This document shows, piece after piece, positions 49,650 to 64,000 of a DNA stretch of 64,000 nt. Positions within the stretch are counted from its first letter, which is position 1. Each line of letters opens with the position of its first letter. Origin of the DNA: Takakia lepidozioides (lineage: Eukaryota > Plantae > Bryophyta); assembly GCA_030704615.1 (NCBI GenBank), contig CM060732.1:57412001-57476000 (forward strand), written 5' to 3'. Made by a program: the position numbers and the translations under genes. The notes under the pieces are model-generated. The model made no database searches and was not told where the DNA came from. It saw nothing but the letters and a program-made list of their open reading frames with translations.

Positions 49650-52600
49650 ATGGCGGCTGCACAGATGTCTACGCTTCACGCTGCTCATCCTTGCACGCTC
49701 TCTCCGCTGTGCAAGGAACGGACGACTGAAACGTGGAGTCAGTTAACGAGGATTGGTCACCCTCTGTCTTCGTCTAAGAGCCTCGGCTGGGGACGCCCCC
49801 TGAACCTGAATCTACTTGCCGCCCAGAAGCCTGGCATTCACCACCCTGGAACCCTCGCCACAGCCGAATTGCGAGGCGTGTCAAGTGGTTCGGAATTTCC
49901 AATTGTGGAGGATGATTCTAGGGGACATTCTGATGAAGACGGGAGCTGTTTTATGGAATGGAAGAAACCGTCCCGGGATGCTGAGGAAGAAGCGAATCCC
50001 ATGGTAGAATGGCTTGAGAGGGGCTCAGATGATGGTGACATGTTGAGAGAAGAATGTGGGGTTGTTGGAATTTTTGGAGACCCAGACGCGAGCAGGATGT
50101 GTTATTTGGCACTGCACGCGTTGCAACATCGGGGGCAAGAAGGGGCAGGAATAGTATCGGTCAACAACGGGACTATGCAGACTGTGACAGGTAACGCCCC
50201 CCTGAACACTTTTTCTTTGTATCATGTAGAATTGTTCGAGCACTAGAGATATTTCTAGCTCCAAAAGCACCATCTGGTTAGTATTTGGCCAATTTTTCTT
50301 CTAACGGTCCAGGATGCCTGCTACGATTTTCTCAGCAGACAGAAGATGGTCCATGCAATACACAGGCATGTGCATGTTTCTATACTTTCATCTAACGAGT
50401 ATTCCTTTCTTGTGTCTACCTCTGTTGTGTCGCAGGGATGGGCCTGGTATCGGAAGTCTTTGACCAATCCAAGCTGTCCGCATTGCCTGGGACCTCAACA
50501 ATTGGCCATGTTAGGTATGCAACAGCAGGGGCATCGGTCCTTAAAAATGTGCAACCGTTCGTCGCGGGCTACCGGTTTGGTTCGGTTGCTGTGGCCCATA
50601 ATGGTAACCTTGTGAATTATTCGAAGCTACGGACTGAGCTGGAGGAAAGCGGCTCCATTTTCAACACCTCTTCAGATACGGAGGTGATGGACAAATTCAT
50701 TATTCTTCATGCAACAATGTAGTATGGGTAGTCTGTATTTATGCTCTGCCATATGCCCTCTTAGATCAAAATTGCTAGGAAGGTGATAATAGCTTTCAGT
50801 AACAGGAGTATGCCAAATGGGGTCAAGTCCCGGAAAGCTGGCTATCTTACAACATTTGGGAACCATGTAGCTTTACTAACCATGCTTAGTTTGTTGCTGG
50901 GGTTTGTATCTTTGGGATTTTCTGCAGGGGAGCCCTTAGAGTTTTGTTGACTATGTGATTGGAGTTGACGGCCAAAATGGTTGATACTCCAGGTGGAGAC
51001 ATTGAATTCTGGAGAATTGAGTTGGGTTGGTACTGAGTGATCGTTCTCCTCCAAGTCCTAGTTTGCACAAATTAGGGATTTCCTCAGTGAATTTTAAGGC
51101 TTCCTGTGGCTGAGCACCCAGCTCTGACCACTTTGCTTCTGAGACCAGTGTATGGTTTGCTGCATCCTTCAATCGCATATATGGGATTCCTCTCCGTTTC
51201 TTTCTCTGTTTTCAATACATTTTCTAAAAGCAGGAGGGAGAACATAGTCTCCCTTTATGTAACTTGTGCTGAGGACGCTCACTGATGCCTTGTTCTCAAT
51301 GTGGTATTTGCATAGGTGGTGCTCCATCTTATTGCTAGATCACAGAAGCGTCCATTCATTGCCCGCCTTGTTGATGCATGTGAGCAGCTGGAAGGCGCAT
51401 ATTCACTTGTGTTTTTGACAGAGGATAAATTGGTGGCTGTTCGGGACCCTCATGGATTCCGTCCTCTGGTGATGGGGAGGAGGAAGAATGGAGCCTACGT
51501 CTTCGCATCTGAAACATGCGCACTGGATTTAATTGAGGCTACCTATGAGCGAGAGGTGAGATCCATCTATTCCTTGATGCACCACGGCGTAGAACATCTG
51601 GCTTGAATGGCCGAGGATGGGGAGGAGGTGCACTTGCATTACAAAGGAATGTTTAACCTAAATTACTGGGCTTGTATCTTCTATGGTTTGTGCAGGTTAA
51701 CCCTGGAGAGATGGTGGTGATTGATGATGCTGGGGAGAGCTCCTTATGTCTCATGCCACAAAAGCAGCGCAAAGCATGCATCTTTGAACATATTTACTTC
51801 GCTCTACCTAATTCAGTTGTTTTTGGTCACTCAGTGTACGAGTCGCGGTACAAATATGGTCAAATTTTGGCAGAGGAGGCCCCTGTGGAGTGTGATGTAG
51901 TTATTGCGGTTCCTGACTCTGGGGTGGTTGCTGCACTGGGCTATGCCATGAAAGCCAAGGTCCCCTTCCAGCAAGGGCTCATTCGGTCACACTACGTTGG
52001 GCGAACATTCATTGAGCCGTCGCAAAAGATCCGGGATTTTGGGGTGAAGTTGAAGCTTGCACCAGTGGGTCATGTCTTGAAGGGCAAGAGGGTGGTGGTG
52101 GTAGATGATTCGATTGTGCGTGGCACAACCTCTTCTAAAATAGTGAGGCTTATAAAGGAAGCTGGTGCCACTGAAGTGCATTTGCGGATCGCCAGTCCTC
52201 CCATTACTGGGTCTTGTTACTATGGGGTGGATACACCAAGAAAGGAGGAGCTCATTTCATACAGGTAATGGAAGGACCAGTGTTAAGCACCATGCATGTT
52301 GTGGTATGAGTAGCGTACTGTAAGATAATTGTGAACAGTTCTTTGCCGTGTCTAAAATGGTTGTGGGATGTCTGGTATAGGCTTGGTATAGATGATACCA
52401 GGAAGGAAATTGGAGCTGATTCACTGGCATTCTTGCCTCTTGAAAGACTGCGAGGAGAGCTAGAAGATGAGGCTCCCACGTTCTGTGATGCTTGTTTCTC
52501 TGGGGACTACCCAGTGCCTCCCCGAGATTTAGTGAACGACAAAGAGGAGAAGCAGAAGCCTGTGAAAGCTGTGGTTGAAGGTTATGAGTCGGTCAGGATT

Positions 52601-52651
52601 GAGAAAATTCGGTCGTTTCCCGATCTCGAGCCAGTCAGTGTTGCCTTATAG
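49650..52651 (+). CDS. purF: Amidophosphoribosyltransferase (ATase), plastid-targeted
   Basis: Exons 49650-50190, 50436-50683, 51316-51555, 51696-52264 and 52381-52651. Motifs REECGVVG (Ntn Cys), [35 protein letters not shown] and CDAC. Confidence 0.97.
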
Positions 52652-53806
52652 GTCAGGTTCATATTGCCTGATTTGCCATGTGCTGTTGGTGATAGTGCTT
52701 TCTTTTCCATTCAATGGTTTCAGGTAGGAGTCTTGGGCCCCTAGGATCAGGAAAGGAAAAATTGGTGGTCCATGAGAAGGGTAGAGACATGGCAGTCCGC
52801 TTATGATTGTCATACTAAAACACAGTCTCCTGAGCGATTTATGCCATGAAGTACAGCTGATTGGTATTCTTACAGTTCAACACTAACACTCTGTTGGGAA
52901 AAATAGCGACATGTTCTGGCTGAGCTATCTGAACAGACAAGGGCCGATGGGCATTTGCAGGCCCCCCCATAGTTGCATCTCTTTAACACTCAATTGTAAC
53001 TCTCAATTGTTTAATCATTTTACTTTGGCAAGAGAAGGATCTAATGGTTAGATTAGCGAGGCTCTCGTTTGTATTGGCTGTAATTACGGCACACTGTTTG
53101 AAATCCTGAGGGTTCCCATCGTGCTTTGCGATGTCTGACCTTCAAGGAGCTGCTTTGCATTGCTTCAATGACATGACATCTACTGATGAAAGTGACTATT
53201 ACAGGCAGTTTATTGATGACAATTTAGGTGCTTAGATTGGCTGGTGTTTTGAAGCTGAGGCTAGATCCATGCCAGTCTTATAAATTAGATGATCTGTACA
53301 GACAGAGAAGTTGTAGCAGAGGGGCTTCGGCTGGAATGATCCAAGTAGGAGGTGCAGTAATCAGACTGAGCAAGCTGTTACCTCCTGTACTGCATTGGTT
53401 GAAGAACTATATTGTCCACTTGAGTGGCAAGACTATTCTGGCTGATAGTCAATTTTGTGAGGAGTTGAGGTTGTGGAACTGTGGATGGGAAGTTGTGGTT
53501 GCTTCCTCCCCATTACTAGGTGACTTTTCTGTTACCGCAAACTCAAGGTTTGATACAGGCGATTGTCGCAAATTGATTCAGTACTTTCCAAATGAAACTG
53601 TCAGCATTTAACTTGGTGCATCATCAGTAGCATATTCTAGTCATTGCTTAGGCTTGTGCATGCAATTCTTGGGAGAGGAGGTGGATGTAGAGAACCAAGG
53701 CATGGATATTTAGGAATTGAATGTGAGGCTGCTTGTGAGTAACTCTATGTCAACCATATCCTTGGCATTCCACCAAACTGTGTGACTACCCAAATGTGAT
53801 GTGTCT

Positions 53807-55078
53807 AGGGAATTCCCAAAAAGGCCTTGATGTGAAATGCATTGCAATTCACTTGATCACCCCCCTAAAAGTGCGCAATTCAATTGAATTGCAAGGGCAA
53901 TTCAATTGAACTGCTAAAACTAGCTTGAAAACAACCCTAATTTGCAATTCAATTGAATTGTCGGCACACGATTCAATTGAATTGCGAATTGGCAATTCAG
54001 TTGAATTGCTAGTTGACAATTCAATTGAATTGTTGACTGCAATTCAATTGAATTGTGAATTTGCAAATCAATTGAATTACGAATTGGCAATTCAATTGAA
54101 TTGCTGACTACAATTCAATTGAATTGTAATCTATAATTTTTAACTTATTTCTGTATATAATATATAATATATATGTATATATTCAAATTATACTTATACA
54201 CATGTAAGAGTATAAGCTAAAAATACATGTTGCCGTTCTATTCTTGCTGGCCCTCTTTCTTGTGCCCTTGAGGAAATTGTGGAGTTGTGAAGCCACCCTC
54301 AGCCTCAGCGAGAAAGGGAGAGCCAGAAACGGAGAGAGATCAGCAGTTTCCTGTGATTCACTGGCAAAAGAAACATGGCTGCTCCGAAAGAAACAGACAA
54401 AATCAAACCTGACAATCGATGAAAGGCTTCCCCTGGATCACCATGTAGTCCCCTAACACTAGTATCTGGCCCAGGACAAAGAAAACAAAAAATATGTTCA
54501 TCTTGAGAATTATCAAAAATAATATTGTTTCGATACCCTTACAAAGGTATCATGTTGAAGTTGGGATGTGTGTTCCATATAAGTTTAATATATCAAACTC
54601 TTACGCGTTGATACTCATACATTGGTTTCATGTTTGTTTGGTATATGTACATAGCCATATATTAGCACCAACATCCACAAAGAGAGAGTATCCTGCTTTT
54701 ACAAGCGCTTCGTGACTCTCGCTCTCCCTTAGGCTTATCTCGGGCTCAAGCCTTACCACGGGCAAAGGATTGACAGACGGACAGCAAGAATAGACGCGCA
54801 ACATGTATTTTTAGCTTATACTTTTGTATACGTATATGTATAATTTAAATATGTACATATATATAATATATACAGAAATAAGTTAAAAAATTATAGATTA
54901 CAATTCAATTGAATTGCAGTCAACAATTCAATTGAATTGCCAATTCGCAATTCAATTGAATTGCAAATTAGGGCTGTTTTCAAGCTAGTTATAGCAATTC
55001 AATTGAATTGCGCACTTTTAGGGGGGTGATCAAGTGAATTGCAATGCATTTCACATCAAGGCCTTTTTGGAATTCCCT
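53807..55078. mobile_element. Non-autonomous Foldback/MULE-like DNA transposon with long TIRs
   Basis: Arms 53807-~54233 and ~54798-55078 are reverse complements (AGGGAATTCC..AAAAGGCCTTGATGTGAAATGC) containing tandem CAATTCAATTGAATTG palindromes. Exact 8-bp TSD ATGTGTCT at 53799-53806 and 55079-55086. Confidence 0.92.
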
Positions 55079-58000
55079 ATGTGTCTGTGATATTCTGTGC
55101 TTGCAATGCAAAGGTATGAAGTGGCGCCAAAACAGAACAATAGGGAGCTTCAAATTCACACCATAACTGTATATATAGTCATGTATATGTATACATAAAG
55201 AAAAGACAAAAGGTTGATTCTTGCCGAAGCAATCATAACTGTATACATATATATATATAGCTTGAAGTTTGAATCACCCTTTCAAAACCACTCTCACATG
55301 CAACTAAATATATTTGGGACCCAACACCGGAAACTTCGCAGATGACAACAAGCACCTTCAATCAGAATACTGCTGTTTGAATTCGCAAGATTTGGATATT
55401 GATGTACCAATTTACAGGCTGAATCCTCGCCCCACTTTGTTGGATGCTTCTGATACTTTAATGTCTTGCATTGCTTACACTGTACTTTTCTCATTGTTGA
55501 GTCTATCCACAAAGTGACGCAAAATACCAGGGATCAATTTTTTTTTTGTTTTTTCTTTAACTGAATTGAGAAATGTTCTGTGTGCTAACAAGTTTGGTTA
55601 GATTGTGGGCGGCATAACCACTTTCCATGTCACCTCACCCTACTTGTGCATACCCGTGGCTGTTATCATGTTGAAAAGAACGATCTGTTTCTGAAGAAAC
55701 TTCAGGCCAAATGTGGGTATACTGTGTACTCTGCGTTTGCTTCAAGCCACGATGCATGATACATGGAGACAGATGTCAAGAGAAACAATGACCGAGCGAA
55801 AACCACATCACCTTTGAGCACATGACAAGGCTTGCGATGCACATTATGTTTGCCTTATGCCCATTCGGCTTCATAAACCAGGACTTTCGAGAAGATCTCT
55901 CCATAGACCCATGTTGTGTTCCACAAATCACTGGGGCCACAAGCTGTTTAGACGTTTAGTCGTCTTTCTCTCCACTTGGTCCATGCCTGCAGCCATTGCG
56001 TATGATTCATCAAATTGGAGTTGTGAAAGTGATGCTCCAGGAATGGCGAGGATTCCCTGGAATGCCTATGGTGACGTCCTCGTCTTATTGAAATCCGGGT
56101 TCTCCATGTGGGTAGTGTGCTGTTTTAGATGCGTTACGGTTTTTTGTTGTGAGCAGACCAGGTCACAATCAGCCCACTTTCAGGTCGCAATCGGCAGTGA
56201 TGATCAACACTTTTATGATCACTTCGAAGTAGTTCTATCGATCTGTAGGCTACCTTAAAGATTTAATCCCTTGTCTTGTTTTAAATGACTGACCATCAAC
56301 TGTCGTACATTGGGTTCTACAGTGCAGAAAATTCTGCAGCTATGGCAGCATTAACAGCCGTCACGCCGGTAAGACAGTGGAGGCCACCGCTGATGCTCTT
56401 TGCGTCTAATTTTGCCCGCTTGTCTTCATCATTCTTCGGCTGCGCACTCCAGTTCTATGGCCTTTCCAGAGCTCTTCTCGGAGCATCCCTTTCAAAGTAT
56501 GCTTTTCTGGTTGCCGGTATTTGGTCCTTGAATTGTCTTTTGTTGTTGATCGCGTTGAATGTTTTCACGAAATACAATTGGTTACAGGGTTCTCGGATTT
56601 TAGAACTGTGAACTTCTGTGTTGCTGTATATGTTCCAGTGACTTCAACAGTGGTGGATCGCATCTAACTCATTACTTTCACTGTGAGCTTTCGATAACAA
56701 ATCACCTGCTAGGTGCAGACGTTGCTTAACAACATGATCCTACCACTATTTGAAATTCTTCCCCTGAAATTGCCGGTGAATTTCGGAGGCGTTGTATACA
56801 TTAAACTGTCTGACGAGTGTGTTCAATTTCACTCCTGTAGCCCAGTGGATTAGACATTCCAGAAATTTTTTCCCCAGAGTGGTCTCTGGGATGACTTTCT
56901 TTGTCTCTCCTCTCACTTGCTGTTCTATGTCCCATCCACCTCCAGTGGATAACATAAATGTCATCTGCCCTTCTACAGTTGTGACTGGCAATGCAACCAG
57001 GTAAGGTAGAGGGTTACCGCAGAGGGCTATATGGTAGCAGTGCTGCTACCTTCTGGCCATTTTGTCAATGGTAGCCCTCAAATTCACACTCAGTTTACCT
57101 GTTCAAGGTTGTGTGATCTGCTAGGTGAAGGTTACTGTTTCCTCCATGGTCGAGCCTTGTAGGGGGGTTCGTGATTGGTGTTTTAATTGTGTTTGATCAC
57201 CTGATTGCTGGGTGGCAGGGACATCATGGGGACACCTTGAGTTTCTCTGTCAAAACATTTTTTGATGTCAAAGTGTAACATCCATGAAACTTGTACTCTT
57301 AGTGAATCACTTTGTCAAGTTATTATTGTAAGCTTTGGCATGGTGTATCATAAATATAGGAATGGGAAAAATGTGTTCTTTGAAATCTTAACCCTGAAAT
57401 AGAACAAAGAAATTTCCTGTGTTCATATAGATGCCTTGACAGGGCCCAGGATATGGTGAATGCATGACTGAAACGCATCCAGCCAGTTGCTGGAGCCTTC
57501 GACATGGACGAAGCCATCTTTAAAAGTGCAAAGTGATTAAGTAGCTTGTTACAGTGTGTAGGAGACAACAGAATGCTTGGAGAAGGTGATCACTATGTGG
57601 TGTTAATGTGGAGTTGAAGAGGATGGCTCTGTCATCAAGGAGCTGGCCTCTCTGTTAACCGATCAATGAGTTCTGAATGGTGCAATTTCAACCCATCTTT
57701 CTCTTTTTCCGCTGTTTAGAGTTCTCTGGACTTAATACCTCTGCAAAATCTTTGCCTATTGCTACCTCCACAATGTTCACTGAGGATTAATCACCCTTGA
57801 GCTTGGATGTGCAGTCAGATGTAGGACACATACAAACATGGACTGGTGAAACACTTTGTGGGGCATGGCGTTGGTCAAATCATCCATTCAATCTCCCTCT
57901 AGATTGCATGTATCTCTCTCTCAGCTAGTGTTCTTTGAGTATTAGCTAATTTTCCTGATTGAAACCTCTATGTGTTATGCTTCAGAAGAGGGGAAAAAGG

Positions 58001-60053
58001 CCAGATGCATAGGAAGGATTAACCTGGAGACTCTCTCTCTCTCTCATTCTCTCTTACTGGTCAATGGCCACAAGGCTATGGCAAACAACGTCTTATGAGT
58101 ACAATCTCTTACTGGTTTGTGAAATGGCGGATGTCTAATACAGTTGGGAAAATGGCAGGGAACAATTTTCCATGGGGTATGGTGGTCGGACAAACATTTA
58201 CTACTGGTAAGTTCACCTCTAATCTGTCAAACTTGATGGTTGATCTGTAGGTAATAGAAGCACTGCAACTATTTCATCAGTGGGGCATATAACTGCTCTT
58301 GAAAGACCCTTCTCTGTGTAGTACCTACAGGTCTACAGTTTAAGTCAGTTGGTCTCATACTTCGGAAGTATAGGCCCCAATTGAGTGCAGGCAGTTGCAT
58401 ATAGTCGACTTATGTGGGTAGTCGCTCGTGATGTCCTTCTTGCATGACGGGAAGACACTGGTTGTTAGTGCATAAGCTCCGCTTTCATGTCGAAATTCTC
58501 ATCTAATTTACAAGAACTTAAGCCAGCCACTTGTCTGAGAAATACATTTTGTGGTCATATGCCATCAAACAGTTCCGTGTGGGGTGGAAGACTGCCAACC
58601 CAATAGTGATCTCCCAGTGATTGTGCCTGAGGCTTAAACTCACCAGCTAAGGAAGACAGGTTTTGGTTACTGTCTCTCTTATGAGGCACTAGGGTACCAG
58701 TACTGGTGCTGGCTAGAGAACTTGCGTTCGACTAGGGGCCAAGACTGAAAAAACCTCCGGACCAATTTGCTTCAAATTTGTCCAGATCTTGGTCCCTATG
58801 TGTATATTAAAATATTAATAGCGTTTGGACCAAAGTTGGTCTGTGTAAAGGCCTCAAAGAACTGAAGTCTTTGAACTGACGTCCACGATCATTTGGAAAA
58901 TTTATACTTTATTGTTTCCATACTTGGTCCAGGTTCCAAGGATAGGTCCTCCAAACTACATCAGCTCCTTTCACTAGATCCTCGCCATAATCAATGCCAC
59001 ATAGACGACATATCATTCCTAAGTTTCTTGGTCTTGGTCCATAGTGTAAAGCCATATGACCGAGAAAATGGCCCTCAACCAATAGGATCATTGCATTCTG
59101 AGTTGGTCTTGGTCCTTAGTCTAAAGCAGCTAATCGTATAAAGTCATACTCTGCAGTAGGTCATCAGCCATTATCACAAGGGAAAAATTGTAGACTGATC
59201 TTCCACTACAGGTAGCCAATAAAGTTCTCCATAAAGTCATCCTGAGTTTGGGCCCCACTTTGGACCTGTAAATCGTGTTTCATCCCCAGTTTGAGTGCAA
59301 ACATAAAGTCAGCCAAACACAGTACGAGTCAGCCAAACACAGGAGGAGTTTGCAAAACTGGGTACGAGTCCTGCTACTCTCCTCTCGTAGCAACTCTCCA
59401 TTCTTGTCTGTCTCCTCTCTAGTTTGAGGCTGCGTTCTGGAGTTTCATCCCGTGTTTTTCCTCTTTGTATTAGTTTGATCTCCAGTCTTGTAACTCGTCC
59501 CCTATTCTTGTCCTCTATTTTGGCCAAACTGGGAAGACCACATTTTCACTCAAGAAATGAAACCTACTGTAGAATTAGAAGAGTAGCAAGGAGTAGTAGT
59601 CAGGAACCATGTCATGATGTGGAAAGAAAGCTTTGTGGGCATGGTGTGGGACTCTTGCATTGTGGGCATAGCTATCTCCATCTCCATCTCATAACTTTTC
59701 TTGGTGAAAACTGACCGGCTGCGTTCAAAGTCACTGGGGGAATCCAATCACTCCTAAATACAGAGAAAGATATGAGATCTCTCACAGTGGCTGAGGATGG
59801 ATGCCCGAAGGTCAGGCATAGTAATCACTCCAATACTCAACTTCCTGATGCAATATTTCCCGAAAGCCTCAATCACATCTATCATGTTCCCGCCCTTCAC
59901 ACCAGCCTTAGGGAAATTGAAGTGGATATTTTTCTTTACATTTGCAACAAGGGGCAGAAGATATTGATACAAAGGGCATGTGCCCAATGCCCTCTACTTA
60001 CAAAAGAAAAACAACAGCTTTATCTTCTCTTTGTTCACCTGCTGCTACTATAC

Positions 60054-63000
60054 CTAACCAACTCCACCACTGGTATTGCCGGCGTCCCTGGAATCTGCAG
60101 GTCTCAAGTGCTCCTCAGCTCCCGTGGAACTTCTAGGTGAGCTGCGCGGGAATGAAGTAAGTGTGGGTGCCACAAGCGGATGCTGGGCTTCACTTGCATG
60201 AAGCAGTCCATTACCACTGTTCCAGGCGCTGGAGCTTACACTGGCAGGGCCTGAAAGGTTCAACATGTTCTGCTGTGGAAAATGCATGCTGCTGTCCCTT
60301 AAACACTGTTGCAACACCTCTGGTCCACTCAAGTGGGATTTCGTAGCCAAGGAAGCCGCGAGCCCCAATGCTATACTTGCCTTCACAGGATCGACGACAC
60401 ATCCACTGGGCTCCCTTCGGAAGCCACCCGCCTCCCAGGTCTGGAGCTCCTCATGTGACCGCTGTGGCACAACAGTGTTTGTGTGTGATGGGGTACTACG
60501 GATACTTTGCCAATCAGCAATCGCCATAAGCGCCTCCATGACTGCACGTGGCAATACTTGGTTGTTCGCCACAGCTGGAGCTACCTGAAGGTTAACATAA
60601 TTGGGTTGACCCCTACTACTTCTACTCCCCGACAAACTGCCTCGGTCACCCCCACAATTCACAGTCCCCTGCGACAGATCACCTCTCCTTTCACAATCAA
60701 CCATGCTCATGTCACCAGTGCCTAGTAGAGAGAGACTTCCTCCCACACATTGATCCACCACCAGCCCCTCTTTCCGGTGAAGCTCTTGAACACCTCGCAG
60801 CTGCTCTGGTTGCTGTAGCTTATGGGGTGGTGCAATCATTGCTTGTTCCCCCTCCGACACCTGGACCTCTCGAGCCAGCTGCTTTGTCATGCGAGCCACT
60901 GCCTCCTGCACGCTGTGAACCTCAGGTTCCCCATCTGCAGGTTTCGCCAGTCCAGCTCCCTGTAGACCAGTCACCATATTCCACAAACCCATATTCCCCA
61001 AGTTCCCAGCCTGAGTAGGCCAACCAACCTGCCGGCCATCAGGCATCTTGAAAGGAACCTGCAGCCTTCCAAAGGCAGATGAAACAACGACAGGATCCTT
61101 TCCATATGCTTTCTGCATCGAGTCGGTACTAGATGCCAAGCTGGCTGTGGGCCCTGCCAAGGTTGGGTAAACTGGTTGCTGCAGAGTAGCACGATCATTG
61201 GATGTGCCTGAAAAGCGCGCAACAGTTGGTGCAAGCACATTTGATGGCGGTTGAGAGAGCAGAGACTGACCAAACAACTTCACATCACCAGGATGCATCT
61301 GCTGGGCATCAACAGACAACGATGAGGTCAGTCTTTGCGATGTTCCCTGCTGCTCAGATGTACCCTGTGGAACAGCACTCTGCTGCAGCTCATCAGGTGA
61401 CAACTGCTGGAGCTTGGCTCCAATACTGCTACCACTACTGCTGCTGCTCCTCAGTTCCACCATCTCTGCCTGGTTTAAGAGTTCTCCCTTGCTAATAGGT
61501 GTGGAAGTGTGACTGGTGGCCCTGAGCACGGTCGGTGACTGTCCGTGCTGCTGCTGTTGTTGCTCATAATGGTGAAGCAAAGGTCCTGCTACTCTTTGTT
61601 GTTGCTGCTGGAGAGAGACCGTTGAATGCGCATTTGAAAGCTGCTGTGATTGTGGCTGAGTTACAGCTCCGTGAAGTGACTTAGCCTTCACAATATCCTG
61701 TGGCTGAAGGAAAAGTGGATGTTGTGATTGCTGGTGATGATGCATATGCGCATGGACCTGGGCAGCTGCAACCTGAGCCTGCTCCTGCTGTTGTTGTTGA
61801 TGAAGCTGTTGCACAACTTGCTGCAGCTGTTTCAAAATCATGTTACTACCATGTTACTTCAAGGTCCTAGATAAATTAGTCAAGTACAGTGAGCAATGAA
61901 AAGAACTTTGCGGTTAGATTGGGTACTTGCTTGCCACACCCAACATGTGAACTCTTTCATATGCTCAGGAGAGGTCACAACCTCCTTTTTGATCTGCAGT
62001 TAGTAATATCAAAGCCTCTTTAGTTCCAGCCCACTACTTATTACACTATTTATCTCAAGCCACATAACTCGGTAGACAATGGATAGACACCCTGACCACC
62101 ACCGCAAGCACCTTCAACATGACACCAATTAAATGGTGATGTAAATAGTTAAGTGAAAGCTGCCATCTGAATGGTTGGAGATGGTAAGGTTCATGTTGCT
62201 GACTCACAACTTGCTGGGGGGGATTGCCAACTGGGTGCAGCTGGTTGGCCACCGGCTGCAGAGCATTGCCCTCTTGCTGACTGGAAAATTGTTGTGGCTG
62301 CACATGCGGATGGTGAGTAACCTGTTGATTTAACAGGAGTTGCTGCTGCTGGCGCTGAACAGCTTGGTGTTGATGCTGAAGAACTGCAACCTGCTCCCAA
62401 TGTAAGTTATTGTTAGCCCAGTGTATGTTGTATACTCACACAGCAAAACTCTGCTCTTTAAGCCATGTGGCTATAGCACCCAGCTTGGCATACACAGCAG
62501 TGTGGGACCTGACTCTATATATACAGCTGGCTCTGGGTCTATGCAGTGTCTTTCTGATGCTTGTGAGGATGGCACCTGGTTCTAATGGATACCCTCTGCA
62601 TAGCAAATAGAAACATCACCACCATGCCCATAGGATCCATTTTTCTCAGCTGCATTGCATGTGGGTGTGTGACACAGAAGAAGCACAGGGACTTTGCTTC
62701 GCATCACAATTTGGGAGGGTTGAGAAGACTTTATGGTGGATATCACACAAAACTCTGCCAACGATCAGCAATATGGTACCTGATGCTGGAGAGGGGGTCC
62801 GACAACCTGGGCGGTCTGTTGTTGCTGCTGCTGAATTGCTGCTTGCTGTTGCATGAAGTTCACCACTTGGGTTTGGAGCTGCTGCTGGTTCTGAGCCACC
62901 ACCTGAGCAGAAGGGTACACATTTCAGCACTACACTCCACTCACATACTTTTGCAAATCCAGCTCCAAACCACAATTTTCATGGACACATCTAACCAAAC

Positions 63001-64000
63001 CAGGTAAAATGGCATGCAAGCAAAGCTCACATGGAAACCACACACATTATTGAGAACAATAGTCAATCTGGGGAAGGCAAAGCTGCAAAACCAAGACCAA
63101 GACCTGAAGACGGCAGCCTTACCACCGTACAGCTAAACAGTATGTACCCTAGTATATACCCTGGGTTCCCAGCAAATCTATAAAAATATCAAAGACTTAG
63201 AACAGAGACCAACTTGAGGAATATGGATTGAGAGTTGGCATTTCCTTGCAACTGAAGAACGGATGCCACACTTAAGGCTCAGTAGCTATACCTCTAAGAA
63301 AACCCGGAAGGTATTGCAGGCTCTTATGTTAAGGGAAAATATACATGCTAGCAGAGAACACACATGCAAGGAAATAAAACTCAGAATAAAAGACCCTAAC
63401 TCCAATAAAAACGCCTTTAATCTTTTGCGTAGGTATTAGGAGCTTACATCAGTTCACTGACAAATATGTAAAACCTCAGGGATCATGGAAAGACCTTCTA
63501 AAGTGATTGAACATAGACCATTTTCCATGAAATCCAGGGGTGCGCAAACTGACTTCCTATTGAAGAAACAGAAATAAATCCCACACCTGTGCAGTCTGCT
63601 GCTGCTGTTGCAACTGGTGCACTGCTTGTTGGTGAAGAGCAGGCTGGCAGGCTTGCTGGTTTGAGGGAGGCAAGGGCTGCGGCCGGGGACTTCCAGACTG
63701 TGTCAGTTTTTGCAATACAGATACGGCAGGCTGCTGCTGCAAGCCCAAATGGGGAGCCCGCTGAAGTCCCTGGGAGGGGAACACTGGCGTTGCCCCATGG
63801 TGGAACAATGGAAAGAGGCCAGGAGCGGTAGCTTGTGTAAATCCATTTGCAGAACACATTTGACGGATGAATTTTTGTATACCGTTGATACTCGCTGGGT
63901 CTTGATCAAGAGACTGACCTCGCTGACCAAACCAAGTAAGTGCAAGGCTGTCAGCCCCCACCACTGCAGTGGCCACGCCCATAGTTGCTCCCATAAGTGG
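60054..64000 (-). CDS. 3' exons of a Q-rich nuclear protein, POWERDRESS/NCoR-like (5' end outside the window)
   Basis: Last exon 61826-60054 is open, with Q-rich upstream exons at ~62200-62390, ~62780-62900 and 63587-64000. GDVKLFGQSLLS resembles the PWR C-terminal GDVKLFG motif; SANT domains are not in the window. Confidence 0.6.

Noticed and set aside
53870-54130. CRISPR-like array of palindromic repeats
   Set aside because: Spacers are only a few bases, the context is eukaryotic, and the array is mirrored in the other TIR.
55560-59130. Possible gene or transposon fragments
   Set aside because: Looks like decayed repeat DNA but no family-diagnostic motif could be supported.

Overview
Eukaryotic, intron-containing land-plant DNA. 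A flagellar CFAP73/CCDC42 gene points to a lineage with flagellated sperm, and compact genes suggest a bryophyte such as a moss. All protein family calls come from hand translation and remembered motifs, not database searches. The right two-thirds (~22-64 kb) is ordinary host chromosome: tRNA-Pro(TGG), two tandem RCI2/PMP3 genes, a TTF-type zinc-finger gene, CFAP73, plastid amidophosphoribosyltransferase (purF) and the 3' part of a Q-rich POWERDRESS-like gene. These are interspersed with LINE and copia debris, a decayed Crypton-type tyrosine-recombinase element and a Foldback/MULE-like element with long TIRs. The left ~20 kb is a CpG-rich, gene-dense island that the ORF track fragments because of introns. 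Manual splicing recovers a ParB/Srx-like + amino-DNA-methyltransferase-fold fusion gene and two divergent transposon-associated coiled-coil paralogs. It also recovers a compact, highly diverged BRCA2 (one BRC repeat, helical domain, OB1-tower-OB2-OB3) lying head-to-head with the N-terminal half of MCM9. Further right are a nested IS3EU-type transposase, a captured SWEETIE-like exon, a Ulp1 protease remnant and an intronless PLATZ gene. The best candidate for an undescribed system is this island, read as a large mobile element carrying its own homologous-recombination/ssDNA-binding modules and now decaying through nonsense mutations. Its ends and its own mobilising enzyme were not identified in this window.
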